Below, one piece after another: positions 1-11,100 of a stretch of DNA of 64,000 nt. Below the pieces are notes generated by a model. That model did no database searches. It was given only the letters and a program-made list of their open reading frames with translations, and was not told the DNA's origin. The stretch comes from Saprolegnia diclina VS20 (taxonomy: Eukaryota). The stretch lies in assembly GCF_000281045.1 (NCBI RefSeq), contig NW_008246085.1, positions 311,749-375,748 on the forward strand, given 5' to 3'. The first letter of the stretch is position 1, and every line of letters begins with the position of its first letter. Both the position numbers and the translations under genes were made by a program.

Positions 1-925
1 GTGCGGGGTACGCGGAAGCCAAGGGCGAGCGGCCGTACATGGAGGACAAGAGCCTCGCGCTCACGCACTACCCGCGGCCGGGCAACGACGCTGAAACCAT
101 TGCCTACTACGCAGTCTACGACGGTCACAACGGCGACGAGACGGCGCTCGTCTTGCAAAAGGAGCTGCACATGAAGATTCTCGACCGGCTCGCGACGAGC
201 TCGCCCGAAGATGCGATGCTCGACGGTATGTCACCACGTTGTGTGTGGGATTCGGTGCTGAGAAGGAAGATCACTAGGCTGTCGTGTCATGGACGAAGAG
301 CTGCTGGCCAAGGACAATGCCAAGATTGCGGGCTTTACTCGCGACGGCAACGCGGCGCGGCCGGCGCCGATTTCATTTTCGGGCTCGGCCGCCATCATGG
401 CGCTGCTGCTCAACGTCGAGGACGGTCTGCAGCTGGTCATAGGCCACGTTGGGGACTGCCGCGCGGTGCTCTGCCGCGGGCCGGAAGCCCTCAGTCTTAC
501 CGTCGACCACAAGGCGAGCAACGCGATCGAGAAGGAGCGCGTACGTCATTTTGTATCTGAATCTGAACCTCAAAATTCGATTGTAGATTGAAAAGGCCGG
601 TGGGTTTGTGCACAACGGTCGTCTCGACGGGATCCTTGCCATCTCGCGCGCGTTTGGCGACCTGGCGCACAAGAGCGACGGCCATCTCATTGCGGTGCCC
701 GACATAACGACCGAGATGATTGAGCCCGAAGACGAGTTCCTCTTGCTCGCGAGCGACGGGCTCTTTGATGTGATCACGTCGCAGCAGGCCGTCAACTTTA
801 TCCGGCGCAAGCTGCGCAACCACGGCGACGTGCAGCTCGCGGCGCAGGAGCTCGTGTTGAAAGCGCAAGAGTATGTGAGCCACGACAACATTAGCGCGAT
901 CGTAATTTGTTTTCACCAAACCTAG
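1..925 (+). CDS. PP2C/PPM-family Ser/Thr protein phosphatase (5' end truncated by window edge)
   Basis: Spliced translation shows PP2C motifs GERPYMED, VYDGHNG, HVGDCRAVL, LTVDHK, LAISRAFGD, LLASDGLFD and HDNIS. Introns about 226-277 and 541-586 (GT-AG). Confidence 0.93.
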
Positions 926-1040
926 TAATATAGAAATAGTCGTTTTCGTTCCAAACGAATTGAAGAGCAAAGTGGCCGATTAAAAGAACAGACACCCGAA
1001 AAAAAAGCATCCGCGCTGGCGTTGACACGCATACGAAGAG

Positions 1041-1819
1041 CTAAAAGTACCGGCGCAAAGCGGCGTAGCGGCGGAAGAAGAGAAAGCCGCAGGCCGCGCC
1101 ACCGAGGTGTGCGACGTTGCCGACGCTGTTGCCGGCGGTCGACGCGCCCCAGAGGTCGCGGAGGATGAAGAGACCGCCGGCCACGTACGCGGGAAGCGGC
1201 ACGATCGCCATGATATAGATCGTGCTGTGCGGAAACGCGCAAATGTAAAAGGACGTGATCGCGTTGACCGCTCCGCTCGCCCCGAGCATGATCGAATGGC
1301 GGCGCTCGTACGTGTCATAGGCGATCTGGCAAAGTGATGCAACGACTACGGAGGAGGGTCCGTGAGCATAATGAGATGACCATGCTAGCAATGCGTACCG
1401 GCGCTGCCGACGTAGAGGCCGAGGAAGCGCTTGGCGCCGATCATGTGGCTCACTTCACGCCCGAAAAAGTAGAGGCCAACACCGTTCATGAGAAAGTGGC
1501 TCGTGCTCATTTGGCTAAACACCGACGTGACGAGCGTGTGGACACGGCCGGCCTTGAGGTGCATGAGCGACGTCGTAAAGTTCTCGACCATAAACGCCTT
1601 CTTCTCGCGTGTTTGCGCTGTCTGCCACATGAGGAAGACGGCGCCGTTGAGCCCGAGGACGCCATAGAGCGCATGGTCTGGCTCGATGCGGTCCAAGACG
1701 CTGCGGCGCGATGTAAAGGAGCGCGTTGGGATTGCTGGCGCGCGGTGCGGCAGGAAGGACTTGGTTGCTGGCGGCGCGAGGCGGCCAAGGCCGCGCTTCG
1801 CGAACATGCTCAAGGACAT
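1041..1819 (-). CDS. Rhomboid intramembrane serine protease, PARL/Pcp1-like (probably mitochondrial)
   Basis: Arg-rich presequence-like N-terminus (MSLSMFAKRGLGRL), HFLMN motif, catalytic GASG and AHLGG motifs. One intron near 1336-1397. Confidence 0.88.
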
Positions 1820-2466
1820 GATATTGCACTCTGCAACCTCTAAAAGTAAATATCCTCTTGGACGCAATTCGGCGGTTTATCCGGAAAATCTAAGGCCCAA
1901 AGATTCGTGCCGAACAATTGGGCGCACCCGTCCATGATCGCCTGCACCACAGACGATACTGCCCTTGGCAGCTAACGGCCATTGTCATCGACGCCCTTGG
2001 TGTTGTGCTCCTGGCTGAGAATATGAAGCTTATTTGTGGCCTACCAGAGAGTAAGATGCTTATTGGTCTTGGCGCGCGAAGCTGCGCTGATGCACACATT
2101 CTCGCACTGCAAATACTCGCACAGTGACTGGGGACGTTGGTTGTATAGCCACTGCCGCTACTACAGGGAAGTAGTGCAGCCCATCGACTTGATGACTAGA
2201 ATCCTAAACTAATCGCTACTAGTACTCGCTGTTGGCTTGCTCGAGAGGAATCATTTCTGAGCGGCCAAGCGAGCTGGAGACAGCGATGACAACGACAAGC
2301 TTCAAGAACTTGCAAACGACCGGTCTATTGGCCGTGCGAACATCGGCCTCTGGACGTCCCAAGCGCCAAGGCCGGCGGGGCGTTGCCGTCAAGGGCAACG
2401 ACGGATTGGCGGATGCGAGTGGGCTGCCAGCGCTGTGATTGGCCACTGGAAACCTGTGAGACACGA

Positions 2467-2476
2467 TATCCGGATA
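2467..2476. promoter_or_regulatory. TATCCGGATA palindrome upstream of the gamma-CA gene
   Basis: Exact 10-bp palindrome about 73 nt before the ATG. Confidence 0.5.
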
Positions 2477-2549
2477 CGGACGAGGAATTGACTGGTAAAT
2501 ATGGGCGCTCTGTGGGGCAGCACAAACGTGTGACGTAGATAGCGACAAA

Positions 2550-3451
2550 ATGCAAGCCTTGGGGAAGACGCTCCGCTCGCTCGGGCAATCGTTGGACAAG
2601 GTCGGCGTGGCCCTCGAGGGCCGCCTCACCTACACGGAGCGCTGTAAGCCCGCGTCGATCTCTCTCGATCGGTACCTCACATGCTATGGCTAGTGGTTCC
2701 GTCGACGCGCCTTGTGGCCAACGCCGGCAACAAACCCGTGCTCGCCGAAGGCGCCTTCGTCGCCCCGAACGCGTCGGTTGTCGGCGAGGTCTCCATCGGC
2801 AAGGGCTCGTCCGTCTGGTATGGCGCGACGGTCCGCGGTGATGTGAACCACATCACGATCGGCGACAACACCAACGTCCAGGACCAGGCCGTCATCCATG
2901 CCGCCAAGATCGCCAACGACTTCCCGACTGTCATCGGCAACAACGTCACGATTGGCCCCTCGGCTGTCATCCACGCCTGCAAGATCAGCAACCAGTGCAT
3001 CATCGGCACGGGCGCACAGGTCCTCGACGGTGCCGAGGTCGGCGAGAACTCGATCATCACGGCTGGGTCCATCGTCACCATGGGCAAGAAGGTCCCTGCT
3101 GGCCAGGTGTGTTGCTGTCGACATTGCTGGTGAGCCCCTGACGCCATCTTCTAGCTCTGGTCGGGCATCCCCGCGCGCCCCGTTCGCGACTTGACGTCGG
3201 ATGAAATTGAGTTCATCAAGCAGTGCTCGTTGGACTACGTCCAGGTACACCTTGCTCTTCAAGTACCACTGGCATCCTCTCATCGCTTCCGACGCTAGCT
3301 GTCGGAAGTCCATGCCGGCGAGACCGCCAAGACGTTTGCCCAGATCGAACTCGAGAAGGAGAACCGCAAGATCATGGACACGGTCGGCGAGCTGGGCTTC
3401 CAGCAGAAGCCCGAAGAACGGCCTGACACGGGCTTGTTCTTTAAGTATTAA
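2550..3451 (+). CDS. Gamma carbonic anhydrase-like protein (hexapeptide LbH repeat), mitochondrial complex I CA-domain type
   Basis: FVAPNASVVGEVSIGKGSSVWYGATVRGDVNHITIGDNTNVQD motif; N-terminal LGQSLDKVG helix. Three introns (about 2644-2693, 3107-3154, 3245-3298). Confidence 0.9.
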
Positions 3452-4182
3452 CGCAGCCTCACCGTCCGCGCGGGTAGTAGATCCATCTCTTTTCGTAACG
3501 AGCCGCATCGTCTTGAATTCTGTCGCTGTGTTTGGCCCTCCTTCAGGCAGTCGACCCAGAATCCGGTCGTAGGCGCGAACGGGCGTCGGCAGTATTCCCA
3601 TCCTTGCGCCAGAACACAACGCGATGAACCGCTCGTCGGCGCTAGCTGCAGCCACCGCGTTTGAGCAAACGAGCCAAAGATGCATCGTCGTATCGAAGCA
3701 GTTGCCGCCAACTTGGACACGGCAGCAGTACTAGTGGCTTTGGGTCTAGCAGGTCAAGCTGGGATCCTCTTTCTTACGGTGCCACTGCAGCTCAAGGCCG
3801 AGACGCCGCGGCTCGGGCCGGAAAGTTGACCTGCTACTAGCTAGCACACGTGGAAACGTTGCCAAACCATCGAGCCGCTTGGCCAGGGCCTTGCCGAAGG
3901 GACTCTTGGTTCTCAGATCTTATGGCTCGTGCCGGATCCACCTACAGCTTTTGAAGCCCGTGGCTTCGTCACCACACTCTGACTCCCGTGCCTGCGGTCG
4001 TCGTTGGATCTCACTGGGTGCAGCGGCTTGTATGACAGGCGCTGCGTGTGGCCATGTGACGACAGCTGTGACGACGTGAGCGTGGATATTCGTCCCACTG
4101 TGGAAGATGCTTCATGAGAGCGGTCTCTGCCATGTGTACCATCATAACCATACATTCTATTTCATTTAAACTAGCAACGCGC

Positions 4183-5103
4183 TTAGGCAAAGTTGCGGCA
4201 GACGAGCTCCATGACAGCAAACGTGATACCCTGGCCAGGCGCGACGCGGGCCATGCGGGGGACGAGGCCGCGGTAGAGCGCACCAGCGCCCTCCTCCTTG
4301 TACACCGTCTTGATGCAGTGCACCATGCCGCTGTAGCGGGCCGCCTCGCCGACCTTGTTGGCCTGGGCCATGAGGCGCGTCTTGGCGACATCCACCGGCG
4401 TGTTGAAGACGGGGCCGAGCATACCGGCGACCATACCCGTGATGAGGGCCTGGTGCGACGAGATCTTGTCGTCGCGCGAGAGACCCCACATGGCGTGCTT
4501 GAGCATGTCGTACGAGCCGAAGAGGAAGCACTGGTTAAGGCCCTGGCGGGTCATCGTGGGCACGCAGCCCTTCCAGAGCGCGGCGGCGCCCTCCTCCTTG
4601 AAGATCGTCTGCGCCGCGTGGATCGGGCCCTTGTACTTGAGGTTCGTCGAGCCCTTTTGCTGTTGGAGGCGCGTCTTGACGACTTCGAACGGCGTCACAA
4701 TCATGACGGCTTCCGTGATACCGGCACCAGCACCGGCGACGAAGCCACCGACCTTGGAGACCTTGCCGTCCTTATCGGCGAGGAGGCCACGGTAAAACTC
4801 GTTCGTCGAGAAGCGGAGCGCGTACTTAATGACCAAGTGCGCGACGAAGGGCGAGAGGCCCTTGTAAAGCGCGGCGACACCTTCCTCGGCAACGATGGTA
4901 CGGGCGATCTTGACGGCACCGTCCTTCGTGCCCGAGAGCTGGAGGCGAGTCTTGACCGTGTCCAGAGGCTGCAGCGCGCAGGCCTCGACGAAGCCACCGG
5001 CCATACCGCCGATGGTCTTCATGGTCTTGGAGACCTTGCGCTCTTCCGTGGCGGCGAGGACCGGGGTCGAGGTCTTGATGGCAGGGATCTGGGCAGTGGC
5101 CAT
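4183..5103 (-). CDS. Mitochondrial carrier (SLC25), succinate/fumarate or citrate carrier-like
   Basis: Three PxD/ExxKxR signatures (PLDTVKTR, PFEVVKTR, PVDVAKTR); RQ in helix 4 and RVAPG in helix 6. Intronless 306 aa ORF. Confidence 0.92.
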   Translation of the reverse strand: MATAQIPAIKTSTPVLAATEERKVSKTMKTIGGMAGGFVEACALQPLDTVKTRLQLSGTKDGAVKIARTIVAEEGVAALYKGLSPFVAHLVIKYALRFSTNEFYRGLLADKDGKVSKVGGFVAGAGAGITEAVMIVTPFEVVKTRLQQQKGSTNLKYKGPIHAAQTIFKEEGAAALWKGCVPTMTRQGLNQCFLFGSYDMLKHAMWGLSRDDKISSHQALITGMVAGMLGPVFNTPVDVAKTRLMAQANKVGEAARYSGMVHCIKTVYKEEGAGALYRGLVPRMARVAPGQGITFAVMELVCRNFA

Positions 5104-5213
5104 GGTGGAGGGGATGCGGTGGCTTCGAGGACAAAGGCAAACTGACGACTAATGACAAGGAAGAGAGAGATCGTCTCGCGACATGCCACCTCACCCAGCC
5201 ATGGAGCTCTCTG

Positions 5214-5435
5214 CCAATGGTTGCTCGCGCTGCGCTTGAAACACAACGAGCGTCGATACAAATTTGCAATCAGTTCGGAGCGTACGGATAGCGAAGGCGC
5301 TGTGTATACTGCTTACGAAACGAGCAGTTGCCTCTGATTGGCTGCATGCTGCATCCTCCGACTGTGATTGGCGCTTGCGCCTGCGAAGAGGATCGACAAC
5401 AGCGACGTGGCAAGTGCAGTCTCGCATTCGCCAAT
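5214..5435. promoter_or_regulatory. Cluster of four CCAAT boxes upstream of the mitochondrial carrier at 4183-5103
   Basis: CCAAT at 5214 and 5431; ATTGG at 5337 and 5367. Confidence 0.55.
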
Positions 5436-7051
5436 CACAATTGATTTCAACCTGAGTCTACGGATAGCCACGTGGTGAAGGGCAAAATCCCCGTGTTTTG
5501 GAAAAGTCCGGCACTTTACCGGAAGTCGACGGGAAAGTGTGCAACTGCGACGCGCCAGTGCGTCATCCGACCACCCGAGATTTCCCACAACCGTCTCGAG
5601 CCGTTCGTTGGATTCGAAAAGGACGGCCGATGCAAGCGACCGTGGCCCACGAGATTCGCGGAATTGTTTCAGAGTAGAGAATAAGGCCTCTTGAAAGTAG
5701 GGTGCACGGCAAGACAGGCTACGAGAGGTGCCAACGCGGTAGCCAACGGGCTTTCCGTGGGAAATGCACCGCATTGCAGTGGGTGCACACCAATTTGTAA
5801 TCGACGACACGCGTGGCGTGGCAGGCTCTCGGCCATTCAAAGCTGGGGAACGGCGGGAGCCCTACCCCGTCTTTGCCAAGGGGCACAAAGGGACGCGATC
5901 GAGAAGCTTTGAAGTGTTGAAGCGATACATACCCACGTGGAACACATGCCGTTTCGACGCCTGGTCCACGATGCAGTCATAAGGGGCTTCCAGGTCGAGG
6001 ACTTGGCTGCCGACGTCGCTATTGTCAAGTACATTTACCCCCTGGCGATTGATCATGGCAGAGCTGAAAGTACAGTGTGTTGCATTCCGGAGCACATCTC
6101 GCCAAGCCAACACGGCACACTCCGCTCCAAAATCTGATTGTCCGACGTGCGATCTCGCACCCACTTGAGGCACCTGGCTCGTCGGAATCGTCAGATCTCA
6201 TAGCGACCGACCGACAACAGTCAATTGGTCATTTCATAAACCCTTGCTACCGGTATCGCAAAACCGCTGGCGTTTTTGTCTATGCATTTCTCTATTTTGG
6301 TCCAGGTGAGAGGAATCAGCCCAACATGATGAAGCGTTTCGCGACGTGAAAGCTGTGCTTGTGGGGTGCTAGCGTCAAGAGTAGGTGATGGCACGTTATC
6401 AAGCGTCGGTCCCAGAAGACTTCCGGAGACGCAAAAGACGCGTTCACCCATGCCGTGATGCTGAAGAATGGCTACCGTCGACCCAACGTGCCATGGAGAC
6501 GCGGAACACATGTGATCATCGATCTCCCAAAAAACCAAGGCAGCTTCAACCTCAGTCATGAACGATGCATTTGCCCGTGCTGATGCCAAGCAGAGCTCGA
6601 GCTCATACCCGGTTGTCATTGACAACGCCTCGAGACATCCAAGAAATGTCCCACAACCAACGACTTTGTCAGCAAGGACATGGACTCCATCCATGAGCAT
6701 CGGTCTTATTGCAGCTGCTTAAACTTATTGCCCTCAGCATCAAAGCGAAAACGTCCGCTTGTGACCAAACAAGGGCAGTCTTCTTACAACCTACGCAAGG
6801 ACTCTCCGTAACCGAGTGCACTGTATGCCTGCTGGGCCGATTCACGATCGTGTGCTCGATAGCCACGATCGAGCAACTCGATGGTGGCGGAACTCCACCA
6901 TGTAAAGATCGCGCCGTTTCGTTTCCACCAATCGTCGATGGCGGTATATCGAATATGAGAGGTGCGTGCGTCCATTGATTTCGCTCAAATATGTATTCTC
7001 GGAGGCATCAGAATATCCACCAATAAAACGAAAAAAAACTTTGGCCGCGCG

Positions 7052-7991
7052 ATGTTTGTCTTGTGCCGGATCGCCGACGTCATCCAGATCGCGCCCGAGC
7101 TCTTCGGGACGGACTACTCGAGCGTGCTCACGGAAGAGATCGACCGCAAGTACGCCAACAAGGTCATCGCGGACGTCGGCCTCTGCATCACGCTCTACGA
7201 CTTCATCGAGATCGGCGACGCCTACATCCACCCGTCGGATGGCACGTCGCACACCGAAGGTAGAGACCACAATGACCGTGGCGCATGCTAGCTTCATGGC
7301 CTCGTAGTCGTCTTCCGCATGGTCGTCTTCCAGCCGTTCATCGGCGAAGTCTTGAAGGGCAAGATCATTAGCTGCACCGAGGAGCACATTCGCGGTACGC
7401 TCATTGGGCATCATCACCATGGCTTCTTATCGTGGCGCCTAGTCTCGATGGACTTTGTCCAAGACATAATCATTCCGTCCTACGCGATGCAGACACCGTC
7501 CTTCTTGTGCGTACATCTGGCGCGAGACTGCAGGCGCTGACGACGACGATGTGTAGCGACAAGAACGAGCGGCTCTGGGAATGGAAGTTTCCGGGCAAAG
7601 AAGGTCGCTCACGCAGGGACGAGCGTAGCTCATCTGCTCCGTGTAGACGAGCAAGACCCGTACTACATGTACCTCCACGAAGAGATTCGCTTTCGCGTCA
7701 CCAACATCAACTTTACACGCGTGACCAAGACCGCCAAGGGTACTACGAGTGGCATCGACTAACACGCCTCATGACCATGCACAGGCATTCAGGCGACGGT
7801 CACGGAGGCCGCCGACAGTGCGTCGTCGCGCCGCCGGTCGTCGAGCGTCGACTTGTCCGAGCACGACCCCAAGCCGTCGGCCATGCAGATCATCGTGCGT
7901 GCTTCCTTGTTGACCAGCGATGACACGCTCTGTCTAGGGCACGATCGACGAAGACGGGCTCGGTCTCTCGTCGTGGTGGATCGAAGCATAG
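7052..7991 (+). CDS. POLR3H: DNA-directed RNA polymerase III subunit RPC8/RPC25
   Basis: MFVLCRIADVIQIAP...KYANKVIADVGLCITLYD, VVFRMVVFQPFIGEVLKGKI, EIRFRV and C-terminal EDGLGLSSWW. About six short introns. Confidence 0.92.
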
Positions 7992-8100
7992 AGATAATAG
8001 AGTGAGCTATCGAAGTTATCTACCTTTTGCAAGCGTTTCGCCAAACTTGAGATTGAGATTGCATTGTGAACGGTCGCATGCGACGGCTATTGGCGTAAGA

Positions 8101-11100
8101 ATGGACCCCAAGTTCACGGCCGAGCAAGCGCTCTTGACGTCGCTGCACAAGCCGCGCGAGTACCACAAGAAGGACTCATCCAAGACGCTGAAAACACTCA
8201 ATATCTCCGATGCCGACATGCGCTCATACCGGATTGAGCACCGTGGTGTGACCGACGAGGACATGGTCACCGAAGTCCGCGAGCTCCAGCACCAGCGCAA
8301 CACGACGTCGGAGGCGCCGACAGAGAAGAAGAACGACAAGATCCAGGCCAACGCGATGCGACGGCGCGAACGCCACACGGCCGCGCAATCACTCTACCAG
8401 GTCCAGCTCAAGACCATTAGCGAGCAGCTCGAAGGCGACATCCTCCGCATTAGCGACACCATCAAGGACGACCTCCTTCTCGTCAAGACGACGACGGACG
8501 AGCATTTTGGCCGGCTCCGAAGCAAGCCTTGGCTCATTGCCGCCTCCCACGACCTTGTGAATGATGCGTGGCGGGCGCTCGAACAGCTCTGGATCCAACG
8601 GACGCTCACGATCGTGGCCTTTGGCGAGTCGCTCGAAGCCATCGAGCAGTCGCGGTCCGAGCTCGTTGGCGCCGAGCTACGCACGCTCACGGAAACCTGC
8701 GTCGCAGCCGCGTACGTGCTGCCGCCCGAAGTCGAACGGCTCATCGAAGTCGAGGCGCACGAACTCAACGTCGTATTGATTACGAATCGGCGGTCGCACT
8801 CGCACCTCCTCAGCCGCATGCTCAAGGAAGACGTGCACAAATTCGTCGACGTCCGCACCGCGTGGGAGGCCTGCGAGCGCAACTGGCGCGCGCTCAACCA
8901 CGACCACGCGATCGAGGTTTTCCAAGAGACGCTGTCGTCGCCCTTGTACATGGCCCCGCCGTCGCTGCATGCGACTTTGAGCCAGTTGCGCGACGCCCAG
9001 CAACGCGTGCACGAGACCGAGCGGCTCGTCGTGCTCAAGCAGCTCGGCGAACGCGGCGCGACGCTCCCGTCCGACGCGATCCAGAAGCTTGTCGTTTCCT
9101 TTGCCGAGATGTACAAGAAGGAGGAGGAGCGCAATGCGACGTACTTTGAGATGCTCTTCCGCTGCCAAGCGTCCATCGTTGCCGACGCCGTCGGTCTTCG
9201 GGAGCAGCTTCGCGCGACGTGCCACCGCGTCGGCGCCAAGGCCGACGAAGGCTGCCTCGGCCAACACGCGGCGCAGCTCGCAGCGTTTCTTGGGAACAAG
9301 GAGTTCGACGATTTCTTCCGCATCGCGGGGGGACTCCGCAGCGAGTTAGCGTCAATTGAAGAGCGCTTGGCGTCCCCCGAGATGATCTACCAAGCCAACG
9401 TCATCTCGCTCGAGCCACGGGTCGGCCTCCTCGTGCATGCACTCCCACTCGAGAGCATTTTGGACGCCCAAGGCAAAAGCAACGAGCGCAAGACGCTGCA
9501 AGGCACGCTCGAGCGGCTCCGCAAAGCGCCGAAAAATGAAATCCTCGGCATCCTCCCGCTCTTGCACGCGCAAACCGTGAGCCTCGCGACGATCCAAGGG
9601 CTCCACCCGATGCTGCAGTCGGAGCTCGAGGAAATCGCCAAGCGCCTCGACGGCCTCATGCACGACAATGCCAGCAGCGAGCACGCCCACGCATCGACCA
9701 CATCCTCGTCGTCGTCCGACCCGCCAGGCTCGGCCGCCTCCAAATCCAAAAGCATTGGGCTTGACGCCTTCCAGATCAACGACATTCAGGGGATTCGCAA
9801 GGCGCAGCGCCGGCTCGGCACGCTCGTGTATGCGTCCGATCTCCCCACCAGCATCAAATCCCTCCTCTCCATCATCCTCGATGCTCTCCGGGTGCAGGGA
9901 CACGCCAACGACGTCGTTGACGCCATCGTTGCGACCGAATGCGACGGTCTCATTGCCCTCCGCGAAGCCGAAATGAAAGCGCTCTTGACGCTCGTTGGCG
10001 CGGGCCTCGAGGCGCAGACGACGACGCTGCATCTCGCTTGCGACCGCGTGACGCGCTTCGTGCACATGGTCGTGGCGTGTCTCGAGGCGTACGAGGAGCG
10101 GACGCGCGTCGTCAACTTGACAGTGCTCGACCTCCTCGACACGCTCAAAGACACGCACGAAGAGAACATTGCGGCGCTCGAGGACGCGTTTAGCTCGCGC
10201 CGGTCGGCCTTGCGCCATGCGCCGGACGAGGCCGCGCTCGAAGCCGAGTTTGTCAACTGTCTCAGCCTCTTGGAGCGCATCGAAGACGAGTACCGCAAGT
10301 ACAACAAAAAGGTACTTGGAGGGATAGTAGAGTCCATGGCAAAGGCGGCGAGTAGGTGACGCTGGCGTCGACCAACCACCCGATCGCGATTACGCGCCAA
10401 GCCGCGCTGTACCGCAACATGCTCAGCGGTCATTTTGGCGTCGAGTCCAACACGCACGACGACGAGACGGACATTGATGCGCTCGTGAGTGCCGAGTGCA
10501 TCGAGCGCGCGATCAACGACCCCGCGCCGGTAATCGCTGTGATGGAGCCGGAGCCTCCAGCACCCGCGGTCGAGGTCACGCCAGGCCCAACACCGCGCAA
10601 CGGCAAGAAGGAGCTGGTGACGCCAGGACGCGCGGTGGTCGAGCCAGCCATGGAAGCAGGTACGGGCGCCACCGTCTCGGTACCAGCCAAGCCTGCGACG
10701 CCCGCCGTCAAACCCAAGAAAGAGGCGCGCGTGTGCTCGTCGGATGAGCTCTTGGAGTACATTTTGGTGCACAAGATTCTGCTGCCGGGCGAAGAGCCGT
10801 CGGACGACGACGTGGACGCGGCGCCCGATGTCGTGAGCACAAACGACACTGCGACAGTTCACGGTACGCTTCTGATGCGCGCACCGTGTGTTACGTGTAA
10901 GTAGACGACCACTCGTCCGAGCTCGCGGCGCCGGCGCTGGCCAATGTGCCGGCCCTACGCGACGTGATTGTCATCTTGACAATCCCCAAGCCACACCTCT
11001 TGAGCCTCCTCGACCGACTCCGAAATGCGATGCTCGCGGCGTTCGAGTCCAAGAGCAAACTCCATGTCAAGAGTGCCAACCGTGACGCCGAGACGCACGT

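Noticed and set aside
2690..3685. 331-aa minus-strand ORF
   Set aside because: Mostly antisense to the gamma-CA gene, TTG/GTG-type start, no motifs.
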